64,000 nt of DNA from an uncultured virus (IMG/VR IMGVR_UViG_3300020050_011573) (IMGVR_UViG_3300020050_011573); one strand, 5' to 3'. Positions 48,101-55,965 are shown, counted from the first letter of the stretch. Program-made: numbers and translations. Notes: generated from the letters alone by a model not told the origin.

Positions 48101-51100
48101 TGTATCAGCGTCCTCAATTGCGGATCCTCGAACCACTCCGCTACCTGAAACGTCGCCGGTATCCCCGCGCTCTGAAGTCGGCTGATTGCGTCGTCCATCG
48201 CCTGGCGTTTGTTTTGTTCCCGTTTGAGCAATTCCATCACCCGACTTTTCATCAGATTCAAATAATCGCCCTGATCCACTGGATTGCCCTTCACTACTGA
48301 CAGTGCCGGATTGCCCCCGTTCGGTGGAATCCAATATCTGACCTTGTTCGAGCTTTGTACCAAGTTCATCGTAAGACCTCACAACGGGCGGAACTTGCGC
48401 GGCTGGATACTTTCTTGCCGACTTACCCCGACCGTCAATAACAATGACATCCACAGGCCAAGCCGCGCCTTGTTTCGCGTACATCTGGCCATCAATTGTG
48501 AAATGATCAACTACATTGTAGGTGTCATAAAGATTTGCATAAAACTTTCGTTTCGCCGCCTGATTATATCCATCTGAGCGAGCTTCCTCAGTTTTCGCCA
48601 TCCGATTGACACCGCCAACAATCAAGACAGCCCGACCATCCGGCAACATTTCTTCTAATGCTTGAAATGCAATTGCGTGGTCTATTTCAGATGTAAGACC
48701 AAACGAAGTTTCAAATTTAATTGACTCAATTAAGCCTTGCAAAAACCCTGGTTTTTTCTTTGTTTCCTTGACCGAACCAAACGGAGGGTTAGCGATTACA
48801 ACATCAACAGCCTTCGACAATCTGACTTTTGTGGCATCAGCAACATTAGCATCAAATCCTTGCGCTCGAAGGTTCTCAACCCGTTTCGGATTCAGATCGT
48901 TCGCTATGACATTTTTAGGATTGGCTGCGATCACCAATGCCCCATTGCCCGCTGTTGGCTCGTACACACTCGTTTTCTTGGTGATTCCGGCAAGCTGAGA
49001 CGCAACATAAGCAATCGGCAATGGCGTCGAATACGCCTGATCCTGCACACTCTGCGATGTGCGCGTTCCCAACGTTGGCATCCGATGATGCAGATCCAGC
49101 AACTTTGCGTAAGTTTCCTGTGGAGAAAGCCCTTCAGCCACAATCTTACGAGCGACGATCACCCCGGCAAGCTCTGCGTCCTCTTCCAAGGCTTTCATTT
49201 CTTCAGTGCCAGATTTGACTCCGAATGTTCGGCCCAACTGACCGTAAAGAATTTCCCCATCCAAAAGAAGATCAACAATCTTGTTTACGCGGGGAGATGC
49301 AGTCACTTTCGGTGTACTTCCTGCATCTCCCTCCTGACGACGAGCATCCCCGAGCAAACCGACATCCCCCGATACCGATTCACTGTTGTTCGCCGCAGTC
49401 TCTTTGTATGCTACCGGCTTTGTGTTGTCCTCAGTTTTGAGCCAGTTCTTGAACTCAAAATCTGACATACTGGTAACAGCGCCACGACGAGTAGGCCCGC
49501 TATTATCGCTGAAGTGAGCATCATAAAGAGCTTCAGCCTCTTCCTTCGTCACGACACCAACAACTACTTTATGTTCATCAAACTTACCAGTTTTTGGGTC
49601 AATCTGATCAAACACAAATACCCGCGCCGCATAAGGATTATCCCCCACATACACATCAACCTGTTCACCGTCCGCGCCTTCTGTCCGGCGAATGTAGCCG
49701 TAATGGGCGGACATCTTCACCGACCATTCTTTACCGTTCTGATCTTTGCCAGAGCGCGTTGAACCCTTTGGATTTTCGATTGTGACATCCAGCCCGTGGG
49801 TTTTGATGTGTCCCTTTTTATAATTTCCGGCTTCAATTTGAGCTTCCGTTGGCTCAGGAAGATCATTTGTCGGTGAAGTCGCCGCTTCGTTGGCTTGCTG
49901 ATCAATAGATACCAAGCGTTGTTCCTTGATTACACTATCAACGACAGGTTGAAAGGATGGATCATAGAAAGTCAGCTTTTCTACTGCACTAACACCATGC
50001 AACCGCGCTACCTCTGAAAGATAATCCTTCACAAAAGCGGTAAGACGGGGATCATTCTTTTTATAACCAAGCAGTTCTCCATCTCCAGACAAAATAAAAG
50101 CCAGTGCTTCACGTTCATAGGTATCAAGGTCCGCCCCCTTGTAAGCCTTAGAATACCGAAGAAGTGCAGCAGCAATTTTTGAGAATTCTGGATGACGTTT
50201 AAGCCAGTCTTTACCGACCAACAACCCCTTAGCAATACTAGACTGCCATCCATGTACCCCGATTTCATGCCATCTCAATCGCGCAACACGTTCATCGCTG
50301 AAAGAATTATCCGTTGACAGAACTTGTACGGACTTTTGCCCCGCAGCCTCTGCCTTGGTAATTGCTGTCTGTAAATCTTGCGCAAGACGAAGCAGGCTAT
50401 TAGCAGCATTTGGAGCGCGTTCTTGCTGTGACAATGCCAAATTATTCAAAACTTCGACAACTTGCTTTGCTGCGTTTAATGGTAAACTTGCCCCACCAAA
50501 TTCTCGAATTACAGAATTTGCAACACCTTCTCTAACAGCAATCGCTACCCATAAAGTCCGAAGACCATCATTGTTTGTCTCTACATAAGCAATTTGCCCA
50601 TGTCCAGTTTCCACATTGACAGCTTTTGATCTAGCTTTTGTAAAAGTGTCTTCCCGTGACTGTGATGCGTTTAACGGTGCAGATTCTACTTCCCATCTAC
50701 CATTTTGCGTTTCTTTTGCAGGCTCAGGAAGATCATTCTTCGGCGAGGTTGCCGCTTCGTTGGCTTGTGCTGCTATCTCAGCTTCCCTTTCCTTCCGCTC
50801 CCGATCCTGCTGCACCATTCGCTCGCCAATCTCTTTTTTGGTGAGTTTTGGTGCTGCCGGCTTCACTGACGGATTCAACGCTTTCAATCGCTTCGCTTTG
50901 ACTCGTTTCGCTCGTTCCTTGCGCGTTTCGATCAACTTGGTTCTAACGGCATTCATTTCTGGCGTATTGGCCTCTAACCCGCCAAATTCACCAGAAGCAG
51001 CTGCCTGTGCTTGAACCTCCTGCAAAGCCTCTAAATAAGAATCAAAATCTTCATCAGATACAGACGACAACTCGGCACCAAGAAGTTGACGCTGTTGGTT

Positions 51101-54100
51101 TGTAAAACCTTTACTCGCTGGCTGAGGGGCTTTCGCATCGTTCACGTCGTTGCGAGGGCTTGAGGGCTGAGCTTTTTTCGGTGTCCAGTCATACACCGAA
51201 ATTATTTGATCTCTACGAAATGGTAACGCAATGACTTTCCCATCTTCATCACGACGCATAATGCCATCATATCCAGCCTCTTCAATCTCCCGCATCCGGT
51301 CAGGATCGTTAACAAGTTCCACTTGCTCCAAACGATCTTTCACTATGTAAGGGTTACGCAAATCCAACCACGCTGAATAAACTCGCGCCGGCCCTTCCGT
51401 TCCACCTAAATGCGCCCCTTCCGCGTACTGCGAACCAAACTCTGCATCGCTGGTAAACCAACTTGCCTCTTTAGGAGAATCAAACGCCGTTGAACTGGAC
51501 GTTCCGTGATACATCGGCGCCGGATTACCCGCATTGTCTGTCACCGCTGTTCCACGAATCTTTTCAGGAAAACGACGTATTGACAGCGGAGCTTTAGATA
51601 AATCCGACTCTTCCTTTCCTTTTGCCTTTGATATTCCCGGCACTCCATATTTCTTTTGCCAGTTTGCAATGTCTGAAATGTGAGCGTCAACGTGATGCTG
51701 GCCCAGGTTGTTGGCGCGAGCGTAATCACGCAAGACTTTGATTCCGGCTTTCCCTTCGTCCGAGTTGAGATTCACATCATAAAGACGCTTCACAAGGTCT
51801 TTATTCGCCCCTTCGATAATCTTGTAGGGCGACATTGAGACGCCAGGTTTGGCAGGTTTCGTTACTGGCCTGTCAGCTTCTGCCAACCCAGGCGAAGTAG
51901 TAAGCCGACCACCAGTAAGACCATCATCAACATTTTGAGTCTCCTTTTCAGCTAAACCGCGTCTCTGTTGAGCTTCGGCAAGCGTTGTTTCGATCCATTC
52001 CGCCGACATGCCAGCCTGGTCAGCCTGCTCAACAAAATCACGCGCCAGTTTTTTCGTGTAGATTGTCCGCGGATTGTCCAGCGCACGATAGACACGGGTA
52101 AATTCACTGGTTTGGTCGGCTAAAAGAGAATCTAGCCTATCTGCTTCGGCTTGTTGTTCTGACGTCATCTGCTCACGCTGATAATCACCAAAACTTTCCG
52201 TTTCCCTGTCTCCCTGTCTTCTTGTCTCTTGTTCAACCTCACGGATGAATTCTTGCGGCGTTTCCGCCCTGGTTAAGCCTTCGCTGGCCATTCGTTCGCG
52301 CATCTGGTCCGGCGACTCCCCGCCTTTGCGCGAAATCAACCCAGTTGTCCCGGACTCTTTTGGCCCCAGGCGATCCAACTCGCCCTTTTCAACTGCTCCT
52401 TCCGGCGCTGCAATCCCGCCCGCACGACGAATCTCAGTCAACAAATTGCCCTGAACATCATCCCCAGCATCACCAATTGTCTCAGTTTGCGGCTGTACAC
52501 CCGTCGCTTTTGCTAAATTCTTGAAGAATGGCGAAACATTCTTCTGAATATCCTGCACAAGAGCCTGTTCTTGCTGCTGTGCTTGGACAAGCTGTTGCTC
52601 AACAATCACACCGGCCTGTGCGTTCTGCTGTTCGATTGGCGAGGGAACTTGTCCCATCATCTGCTTTGCCTGTGCGGATTGCTGGGACGGAAGTAATTCT
52701 TGTTGCTGAGTCTGTAATTGCTGAATCTGTTCCTGAATCTGTGTGATTGCCTCTAACGGCTTGGCCAATTTGTCCAGTGTCGCATCATCGGCCAGGGCAA
52801 CGGTCTGAGGATCAATTCCCGATTTCACCAAGGTTTGAACAATCGGATGGTCAGGTTGAGTCTGAAGTGTTTGCTCAATGGCTTCAACCATCGGCAAATG
52901 TGGGGAATTGCGCTGAGCCAGTTTTTCAAGCGCAACTTGTGATGCTCCGCCACCAGCACCCAAAAACAATGCAGGCACAGCGTTATGCGCCGCATTGCTG
53001 AGCATCTGTCCGGCTGTCAAATTTGGCTTATGACCAGAATAATACTTTGCTCCAACATCAGAAATTCCAGACTGTAAACCTTCTTGTCCGCCTTCTTGAG
53101 CCGACTCTTTCAGAATATGGCCAACAACCTTTTTCCCAGTTTTGGCTCCCGTTCCCATCAAAGAGCCAGCCCCCAGGGATTCAACGCCACCTGAAATCGT
53201 TTGTGTCGCTGTCAAACGCCGAAGCTGATCCGGCGTAGCCCCAGCATCACGCGCCTGATGGTATTCTTCCGGCACTTCCATTGCAGCACCGACCGCACCA
53301 GCAACCAACCGAGGCGAGACACCCAATGCGCGACCAGCCCCACCAGCCGCTATGAATGGAACCATTGATCCGCCAGCTTCCGGCATTGTAGCTGTCCAAA
53401 AGTCAGGGTTTAATGGGTTTATTGTCGGCTGGCGAGTCTCATCAACGGGATATAAGCCTTTTGCCGCACGTTCGCCAAGCCGTGTAATTCCTTCAAGTCT
53501 GTCTCCAAGCGAGGCTTGGCGGTTTTGATGATCAATTTGAGCAGCAATCTTCGCTTTTTCTTCTGGTGGCAAAGCGCGTAATTTAGGATCACTTTCAACG
53601 ACATCATTTCCCGTAACTGTAAACGATTCATCAACCAATCGGCTAAGTCCTTCAGGGATTGAAAAAATTCCCTTGGTTGCGGAACCCATAAAGCGATTTA
53701 CCGCTTCTTCGCCTCTCCCAACCGGCGCATTGATGAATTCCTCTTCCGGTTTCAATCCTCCCGCTGCTGTGGTCAAAACTCGACGACTGAACCGTGTAAA
53801 TGGATTTTCAGACTCAACCTGCCGGCGCATTCGGCGCAATTCCGCTGCGCGTTCCATCTCTTTTGGATCAAACTTTGTTTGACCAGTATCTACCCCTTCA
53901 AGCCGGCGTTGAGTTTGTTTGGGATTCTCTTTTGCGTAAGCCCATTTTCGAGAAGATGCAGAATCAGCATCTTTCCCAAATCCAATTTCAATAAAATCAC
54001 TCAAACCAGGTACTTTTAAGGCTTTTTCAGCTAACTGGTTGGCTTCAGCCAATTCGCGTTCAGCATCAGCCAGCGAATGACGACGCGCATTTTCATCTGT

Positions 54101-54652
54101 GTAGGTTCCTGTAGACCGAAATAGTTCTGTTGCGCGAGCTTTCTTTCGATTGATTTCATTCAGAATCGCTTGAGCATCTTTTTCTGTAACCGTTGATCGA
54201 GCAGCAACCGAACCAGGCTGTGTACCAGTCTTTTTTTGCTTTTGCGGTTCACTCAACCACTTGTTGTAATCCTTGACATCCTTGAAATCGCGGTCTGGTT
54301 CTCTTGTTTCCGTCACTTTACGGATTTTTAGCCAGGTGGATAACTCTTTTGCACTTTCAAAGCCTTGCTTCGGCTTCCAATTCTTGACATCAGATTGCGA
54401 CTCAAATGCCAAATCTCCTGGCAATTTTCCTTTTTTCTGCGGCTGTGGCTTTGACTCCGGAATATTCAATTCTTCAATCGGCGCTTCGATTGCCCATGAA
54501 GTCTTTCGACCAAATATCTTTTCCGCAGGCGTCTGGCTGGAAACATCATCCACCGCAATCTGAGACGGTAGGGAGACTTCTTCAACCGAAATCGGCTGGA
54601 TTGGCCGAACTGGTTGCTGTTGCTGGAAATCGTCAAAGTAGTTGCGCGGCAT
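39185..54652 (-). CDS. Giant polyvalent (DarB-like) virion protein, 5155 aa, intein-containing
   Basis: ART-like (MYHGT...WFT...GYDGI, ~51200-51530); HExxH-like (WHEIGVH, ~50260); pyrophosphatase-like (GNYKKGH..ENPKG..YGY..GADGEQVD..DEHK, ~49440-49860); N6 MTase (YSTP, EPTAGNG, NPPF, ~48400-49060); GNAT-like (~47200-47420); strawberry-notch SF2 helicase (GDQ/TGIGKGR, DESH, SATYA, QMLGRINRTGQ). Confidence 0.88.
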   Translation of the reverse strand: MPRNYFDDFQQQQPVRPIQPISVEEVSLPSQIAVDDVSSQTPAEKIFGRKTSWAIEAPIEELNIPESKPQPQKKGKLPGDLAFESQSDVKNWKPKQGFESAKELSTWLKIRKVTETREPDRDFKDVKDYNKWLSEPQKQKKTGTQPGSVAARSTVTEKDAQAILNEINRKKARATELFRSTGTYTDENARRHSLADAERELAEANQLAEKALKVPGLSDFIEIGFGKDADSASSRKWAYAKENPKQTQRRLEGVDTGQTKFDPKEMERAAELRRMRRQVESENPFTRFSRRVLTTAAGGLKPEEEFINAPVGRGEEAVNRFMGSATKGIFSIPEGLSRLVDESFTVTGNDVVESDPKLRALPPEEKAKIAAQIDHQNRQASLGDRLEGITRLGERAAKGLYPVDETRQPTINPLNPDFWTATMPEAGGSMVPFIAAGGAGRALGVSPRLVAGAVGAAMEVPEEYHQARDAGATPDQLRRLTATQTISGGVESLGAGSLMGTGAKTGKKVVGHILKESAQEGGQEGLQSGISDVGAKYYSGHKPNLTAGQMLSNAAHNAVPALFLGAGGGASQVALEKLAQRNSPHLPMVEAIEQTLQTQPDHPIVQTLVKSGIDPQTVALADDATLDKLAKPLEAITQIQEQIQQLQTQQQELLPSQQSAQAKQMMGQVPSPIEQQNAQAGVIVEQQLVQAQQQEQALVQDIQKNVSPFFKNLAKATGVQPQTETIGDAGDDVQGNLLTEIRRAGGIAAPEGAVEKGELDRLGPKESGTTGLISRKGGESPDQMRERMASEGLTRAETPQEFIREVEQETRRQGDRETESFGDYQREQMTSEQQAEADRLDSLLADQTSEFTRVYRALDNPRTIYTKKLARDFVEQADQAGMSAEWIETTLAEAQQRRGLAEKETQNVDDGLTGGRLTTSPGLAEADRPVTKPAKPGVSMSPYKIIEGANKDLVKRLYDVNLNSDEGKAGIKVLRDYARANNLGQHHVDAHISDIANWQKKYGVPGISKAKGKEESDLSKAPLSIRRFPEKIRGTAVTDNAGNPAPMYHGTSSSTAFDSPKEASWFTSDAEFGSQYAEGAHLGGTEGPARVYSAWLDLRNPYIVKDRLEQVELVNDPDRMREIEEAGYDGIMRRDEDGKVIALPFRRDQIISVYDWTPKKAQPSSPRNDVNDAKAPQPASKGFTNQQRQLLGAELSSVSDEDFDSYLEALQEVQAQAAASGEFGGLEANTPEMNAVRTKLIETRKERAKRVKAKRLKALNPSVKPAAPKLTKKEIGERMVQQDRERKEREAEIAAQANEAATSPKNDLPEPAKETQNGRWEVESAPLNASQSREDTFTKARSKAVNVETGHGQIAYVETNNDGLRTLWVAIAVREGVANSVIREFGGASLPLNAAKQVVEVLNNLALSQQERAPNAANSLLRLAQDLQTAITKAEAAGQKSVQVLSTDNSFSDERVARLRWHEIGVHGWQSSIAKGLLVGKDWLKRHPEFSKIAAALLRYSKAYKGADLDTYEREALAFILSGDGELLGYKKNDPRLTAFVKDYLSEVARLHGVSAVEKLTFYDPSFQPVVDSVIKEQRLVSIDQQANEAATSPTNDLPEPTEAQIEAGNYKKGHIKTHGLDVTIENPKGSTRSGKDQNGKEWSVKMSAHYGYIRRTEGADGEQVDVYVGDNPYAARVFVFDQIDPKTGKFDEHKVVVGVVTKEEAEALYDAHFSDNSGPTRRGAVTSMSDFEFKNWLKTEDNTKPVAYKETAANNSESVSGDVGLLGDARRQEGDAGSTPKVTASPRVNKIVDLLLDGEILYGQLGRTFGVKSGTEEMKALEEDAELAGVIVARKIVAEGLSPQETYAKLLDLHHRMPTLGTRTSQSVQDQAYSTPLPIAYVASQLAGITKKTSVYEPTAGNGALVIAANPKNVIANDLNPKRVENLRAQGFDANVADATKVRLSKAVDVVIANPPFGSVKETKKKPGFLQGLIESIKFETSFGLTSEIDHAIAFQALEEMLPDGRAVLIVGGVNRMAKTEEARSDGYNQAAKRKFYANLYDTYNVVDHFTIDGQMYAKQGAAWPVDVIVIDGRGKSARKYPAAQVPPVVRSYDELGTKLEQGQILDSTERGQSGTVSSEGQSSGSGRLFESDEKSGDGIAQTGTKQTPGDGRRNQPTSERGDTGDVSGSGVVRGSAIEDADTPTGRKSSRKEGRPAKTKAEPDLFSSDLQQDQPDTVGGRTDAGDGRTSELEDIFAEERENIAQELQPKTNDLESIFAEERENIARDLGQGKESKPSVKEPRVKSPASTKPKTETQSAKQGLKQKADAFMDLFGDKPVKPGPAASLASPKFDEATYAKAKPLFESIVGEFQGLDDRGAIRALLQYLKQEYGDAALAAIDRSKPYILRFVEDRAKGIGEPKQREAIYNSQSRTVYEWPGISIIGERNGSTFTVEDFRVFNPKGGLGTKAIEWLNSRYKTVSARDVLPESEPFWRKMKDRNLIDDYDLELKESAKVEQKPVKPKESDTHSPYEPLSKSKSFNVMTPRNMAGAVKTALANFEERHGSPDEYVAEKLGYKPDEVSKYFSAEQVDAIALAVDNIERGKGFVIGDQCVAAGTKIYDPLTNTHTPIEILAERNLPIVVLALTKTGLLPVFASAPFKKGEADLFKVVLDDGRKITVTAHHRFLTPDGWSSIGAGLHAGHFLASAEGRPACNLEFSPLTHVEDAQRLTKKPQDCLDGYCRAGHQYDGQLQSEEGIGQAFLPSQADVPEHNLPLLQMDDPAVSEECNHQHQSFDHHSRNSFSPLGSRDLSSISVQAFAYGELLLEQTRQSAQQFPELKVWLHQLSVSTLPSPQKQTGIDLQQQVFDSVQASSSLGDYTGWRRIESIEFIGRNDFYDLWVPGHENYVAEGLIHHNTGIGKGRINAAVIRYAIKNGKTPVFVTQKPALYADMIRDLKNIGLSEFRPLITNSGETIPLNAAATEWMHEAADAKAKGQKVPGMPKEAQVFRAPTDHIGVLEQVGMSGKLKGYDAVFTTYDQMNPSEGLFNKERHRAVSSAIRGGVLIMDESHTAGGEAVGGRGSKPKPSRAKFFRELVKAAGSVFYSSATYAKRSDIMDLYSKTDLGQLGTTGNALVELFQRGGVALQQVVASKLAEAGQYMRRERTFDGIKYDPEIVEVDKSQAENISTAMRLIVAFDKAKARAVAELKKEAKETASLVSEDGSIGQAGVDSSNFTSLMHNVVDQMLLGLAADQAAAKAIEAIERGEKPVLTVSNTMESFLQDAGLSPGDAVDLTFKDVLMRYVRRSRDVVIKDRNGKRIRRLLTDDELGFRGVEAYEAVEDFVNEAEFAEIPISPIDRVRRLIEKAGYKVDEITGRTTKVDLSGPVPILRARSAQDTKVAGRRRVIGDFNNGRLDAMILNQAGSTGISLHASKDEGKDIRPRLMIIWQAEKNIDTHMQMLGRINRTGQEVLPRYIQMIADVPASKRPAAVLLKKMASLSANTTASRKSAVQTEGVSDFMNELGDVVIARILSQDAELSEKLGDPLVWDGDELSKEGAARKVSGRIPLLTLAEQADLYDRIENEYADFLAQKEAMGENPLEAKTEDFKAETLSKEILTEGIPGSPFSEPAYIEKVKIRRTVKAYTSAEVKTMVRENLGLSESASEADVRQAAGAKVSRFINENREAYDVYKKSLTPTDVAQADAKTQAAVSGQIQKAITTANHWGAVARAAQPGAMITVNTDSGAVSGVVLDMQKRGKPKNPYSLSSWVIRLAVLDGRELRIGFNDLISKEGALKAGQSPDVSRLNPETGMFEYRPMLPEFDASQGTKKQTRYMVTGNIVSGFAKLPKGQILNYTDADGNVKQGVLLPTNFDAAQVMAEMPVDLLTAAQVTTFLDEVHRGRVQDAKQELTLQLDPRGFGVNITVPSSKALGGKYFLDKDLIKLTGQFVKGSGLMKATFDRSDLPAVFDHLKEKGVTLQVSGKQKDQAKAILEKQRSMGPAAALGRTTVYGRTKDGVDVVLADNLSRAEANVMVAKLEEETRQKLFVEKRLPDHSYTQFFTGPTPGRKRIADARVIGQQSSEPGRLAKKGPAASLGDNKSTMLARTMVEIANPPSSRHSVITSTARVREALKDQFSDKAQFDAFILSEAEKGSVTLFAHDHPSSLTTEEKAAYVTDGKQIYNAISLSDEVRDQYATYPAASLRQPKVRDLANLMDTLLYQQTIIKDRGSRGARMFINDHARVIFGAALTELYQSDYSQLTGLNLSRAEVNALASYLEKEIPGATPEYQVGLKALSGALRELLKNKTQKSFSVVDVTPFEERHQAEIPSDRRDAVEGFKADIREEGFHWSQIEVDGQSVALVGASWAQSSKGYGKYRKALVQKGYRDDPETIAAEAATKIAAGKYDDLGIRTEADHQQAAEWLASYFEKVAEKHGIDALNKFDRLLQPAKEAKLNAKERLAERIRQEREAKEAGTNGPRAPGESGKRVRRPDEKGQEDSKEQVQRADIDAPFEGSEKISGPQQVLPGGLNRENVRDPGEAAPSPEADIAGGGKPPRGPQRLFDGREGPEPNEPGEFARDPEQESLFGKDGKPKRGWKFYWDNASDIINVPKALRATFDLSATLRQGFYMSVPHPVKGGKSFVRQLKSLKKSEFEKFVKWLKRHPAYRDAKATGLEFSGDDPLNIDEENFGTRLAGKIPGIRMAERAFATLLDSMRIEIFDIYRRSALKNFKDPRERFESMQAAAEWINKTSGRAHFGNGKYGTFMKDKAIPFLNVFGWSPRYVYSRFQIINPMTYAKNLKTPARRAVFVRQMSEMFTVAAALMATGALAKAAGATISFDDDDADFLKLRFGTTRYDVLAGVQQVARLAIQIGKWIKSRGAEEDEKKLNKLSTETTKEALRFARTKLAPVPGFFVDWLNNWKKVTGETHKPGEFWGKAKEGEYALSAAELVQDPVFSLALPLMWSNTVEAYIKGYKGGTLLDDEADHLKGLIKTGQIVPFEFLGLGVQDYDRPEYSKPTRQKLAEFDLDPGFPDRKPDEDERVYQRRVKDHISNQERAINRFSDDPNMAGQPKERLKALLKQEISKDGIERLSRIPDEDVQDDRMVRAWIQVGLERLKGNAQFQQLSEYEQEKAISSYYGRMNRFRAQVESSKRDYQPPDVVDNEVLEDQIFKSLNRNN
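41077..41358 (-). CDS. Candidate nested +1-frame gene inside the giant protein
   Basis: AAGGAGG 9 nt before ATG; 93-aa basic ORF; host frame is low-complexity here. Confidence 0.4.
   Translation of the reverse strand: MLKNALQKEFDKNVKPKKPEPTDLAPLAKAAKEYAGLMKKDKKTAKNKFSGRILTRRLKGARKSAGRNKSSLGDSTVKTSEIPVRPRPRPKLT
46051..46080 (+). promoter_or_regulatory. Sigma70-like promoter embedded antisense in the intein
   Basis: TTGATT (46051-46056)-N18-TATAAT (46075-46080); ATG at 46087. Confidence 0.65.
46087..46680 (+). CDS. HTH-HNH homing endonuclease encoded antisense within the intein
   Basis: HTH SIQETAEHFGVSVPTITRRMRKLG; WNGGR..DGYILL..PDHPFA..GYVREHRLVMEEKLGRYLLPTEVVHHID...NNHPDNLEV..NAEH. Confidence 0.88.
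   Translation: MKMTPERYQKLVAANQSRSVSVDLEELKQIIDEAKLSIQETAEHFGVSVPTITRRMRKLGLKSKKGHGSPMEKNYFWNGGRMTDADGYILLKQPDHPFATKAGYVREHRLVMEEKLGRYLLPTEVVHHIDAQHDNNHPDNLEVFSSNAEHLRHELTGKTPNYTPDGLRRMRENALRVNQRRYSTIHQESKTDDEPSP
47953..48369 (-). CDS. Candidate nested +1-frame gene inside the giant protein
   Basis: GAGGT 6 nt before ATG; 138-aa globular-looking ORF over a S/G/D/E/R-rich linker of the host frame. Confidence 0.5.
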   Translation of the reverse strand: MNLVQSSNKVRYWIPPNGGNPALSVVKGNPVDQGDYLNLMKSRVMELLKREQNKRQAMDDAISRLQSAGIPATFQVAEWFEDPQLRTLIHQRAGRVPGKKEGQPKQKLNQTYLAQIYNKISLIQWVDELTQGMDEHLS

Positions 54653-54655
54653 CGT

Positions 54656-55900
54656 TTAATTCCCCGTTCCCGACGTTGGCGGCAACTGTTTTCGTTTCCC
54701 GCCGGTTGTGCCACTGGTTGGCGGAAAACCCGTTCCAAACTCAAATGAGCTTTCTTTTGGAAGAGACTGGAAAACGTTGGACGCCCGCTCGGGCTTATCC
54801 TCTCCATCTGTTTTTCGCTTACGTCCCCCAATTCGCTCCAACCGCTCTTTCTGCCGGCGATCCTGCCCAGCCTGAGATGATGATGAGCGGCTATTCTGCT
54901 GGCCTTGTTTGTACTTTTCCAGTTCCGACCGATGGCGGGATTTTACATCTTCCATCTCTTTATCGTGTTCATACTTCATCCGCGCTTTTTCAAATTCAGC
55001 CTTCTTTTTTTCAACGTCTCGCTCCAAATCCGCCATGATCTTCTTACGAGCAATATCTTCCGCCGTCTCTGTCCGCATCTCCGTATTGGTCACGCTGGCG
55101 TTTCGCATCGGCTGGCCATCCGGCCCTTTGACCAACACCTGATCACGCGCATCTTTCTTGTTGTAGAGAAAAGGATTCTCACCACCCGCACCCGACGCAT
55201 ATTCTGGCGCTGTAGCATCATTCAGTTTTGCAACTGCTGTCCGACCTGCAATCTCCGTCTGAAACGCTTTCTGACGTGATTCATTGCGCCGCATGACCTG
55301 ATCCTGTTCTTGTCTGGCCATCGGAAGCGTTGTTGTCTCGAAGCCCAACCGCTCAGCCGCCCCAGGGTTAAAGATTCCACCCAGCAAGCCCCCAATGTTC
55401 GCGTAAGGGTTGTTGGGCATCTTCTGCTGTGCCGCGTAAGCCCCGGTCAACGCTGCTCGCACACGATCAAGGAAGCCGTGCTTGTCGTGTCCCTGAAAAG
55501 TTGGGTCTGCTGGTATCGCTTCCATCTTTGGAGCAAGGTCTTCATATCGAACTTGGTTGGCCACGTTTTGGCGCAGGCTGTCCATCAATTCACTGCCACC
55601 CACACGCCCCGTTGTTGGGTCCGGCCCGGTCCCGCTCGCAGGCTGTCCACTGGGAAGAATCTCGCCCATCGGGTTCATTCCTTCGGTGGAAAGCTGGCCT
55701 TGATATGGCTCAACGTTTTCCGGTCCCAATCTGCCCACTCCCGGCGCCCTTGTCGGTTCTGGTTGTTCACCCATAGGGTTAACGAGGTTGCGCGGACGGG
55801 GAATGCCGCCGTTGATTTTCATCTTGGTATCAGCGGCCCGGCGCATAATTGGATCGTTCATTTCTTGGAGTCGGCGCGAGAAGTCTGGGAATGTCGGCAT
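54656..55900 (-). CDS. Putative ejection (internal virion) protein
   Basis: AAGGA SD before ATG 55900; P/G-rich N-terminus, glycine-rich hydrophobic patch, coiled coil; directly precedes the giant protein. Confidence 0.6.
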   Translation of the reverse strand: MPTFPDFSRRLQEMNDPIMRRAADTKMKINGGIPRPRNLVNPMGEQPEPTRAPGVGRLGPENVEPYQGQLSTEGMNPMGEILPSGQPASGTGPDPTTGRVGGSELMDSLRQNVANQVRYEDLAPKMEAIPADPTFQGHDKHGFLDRVRAALTGAYAAQQKMPNNPYANIGGLLGGIFNPGAAERLGFETTTLPMARQEQDQVMRRNESRQKAFQTEIAGRTAVAKLNDATAPEYASGAGGENPFLYNKKDARDQVLVKGPDGQPMRNASVTNTEMRTETAEDIARKKIMADLERDVEKKKAEFEKARMKYEHDKEMEDVKSRHRSELEKYKQGQQNSRSSSSQAGQDRRQKERLERIGGRKRKTDGEDKPERASNVFQSLPKESSFEFGTGFPPTSGTTGGKRKQLPPTSGTGN

Positions 55901-55936
55901 GATTTGTCCTTTGTGAGCTTCCCAATGCTTGTGCGT

Positions 55937-55965
55937 ATTGTAGTGAAAGGATTTCGCTTTGACAA
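55937..55965 (-). promoter_or_regulatory. Sigma70-like promoter for the ejection/giant-protein operon
   Basis: TTGTCA-N17-TACAAT on the - strand. Confidence 0.65.
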
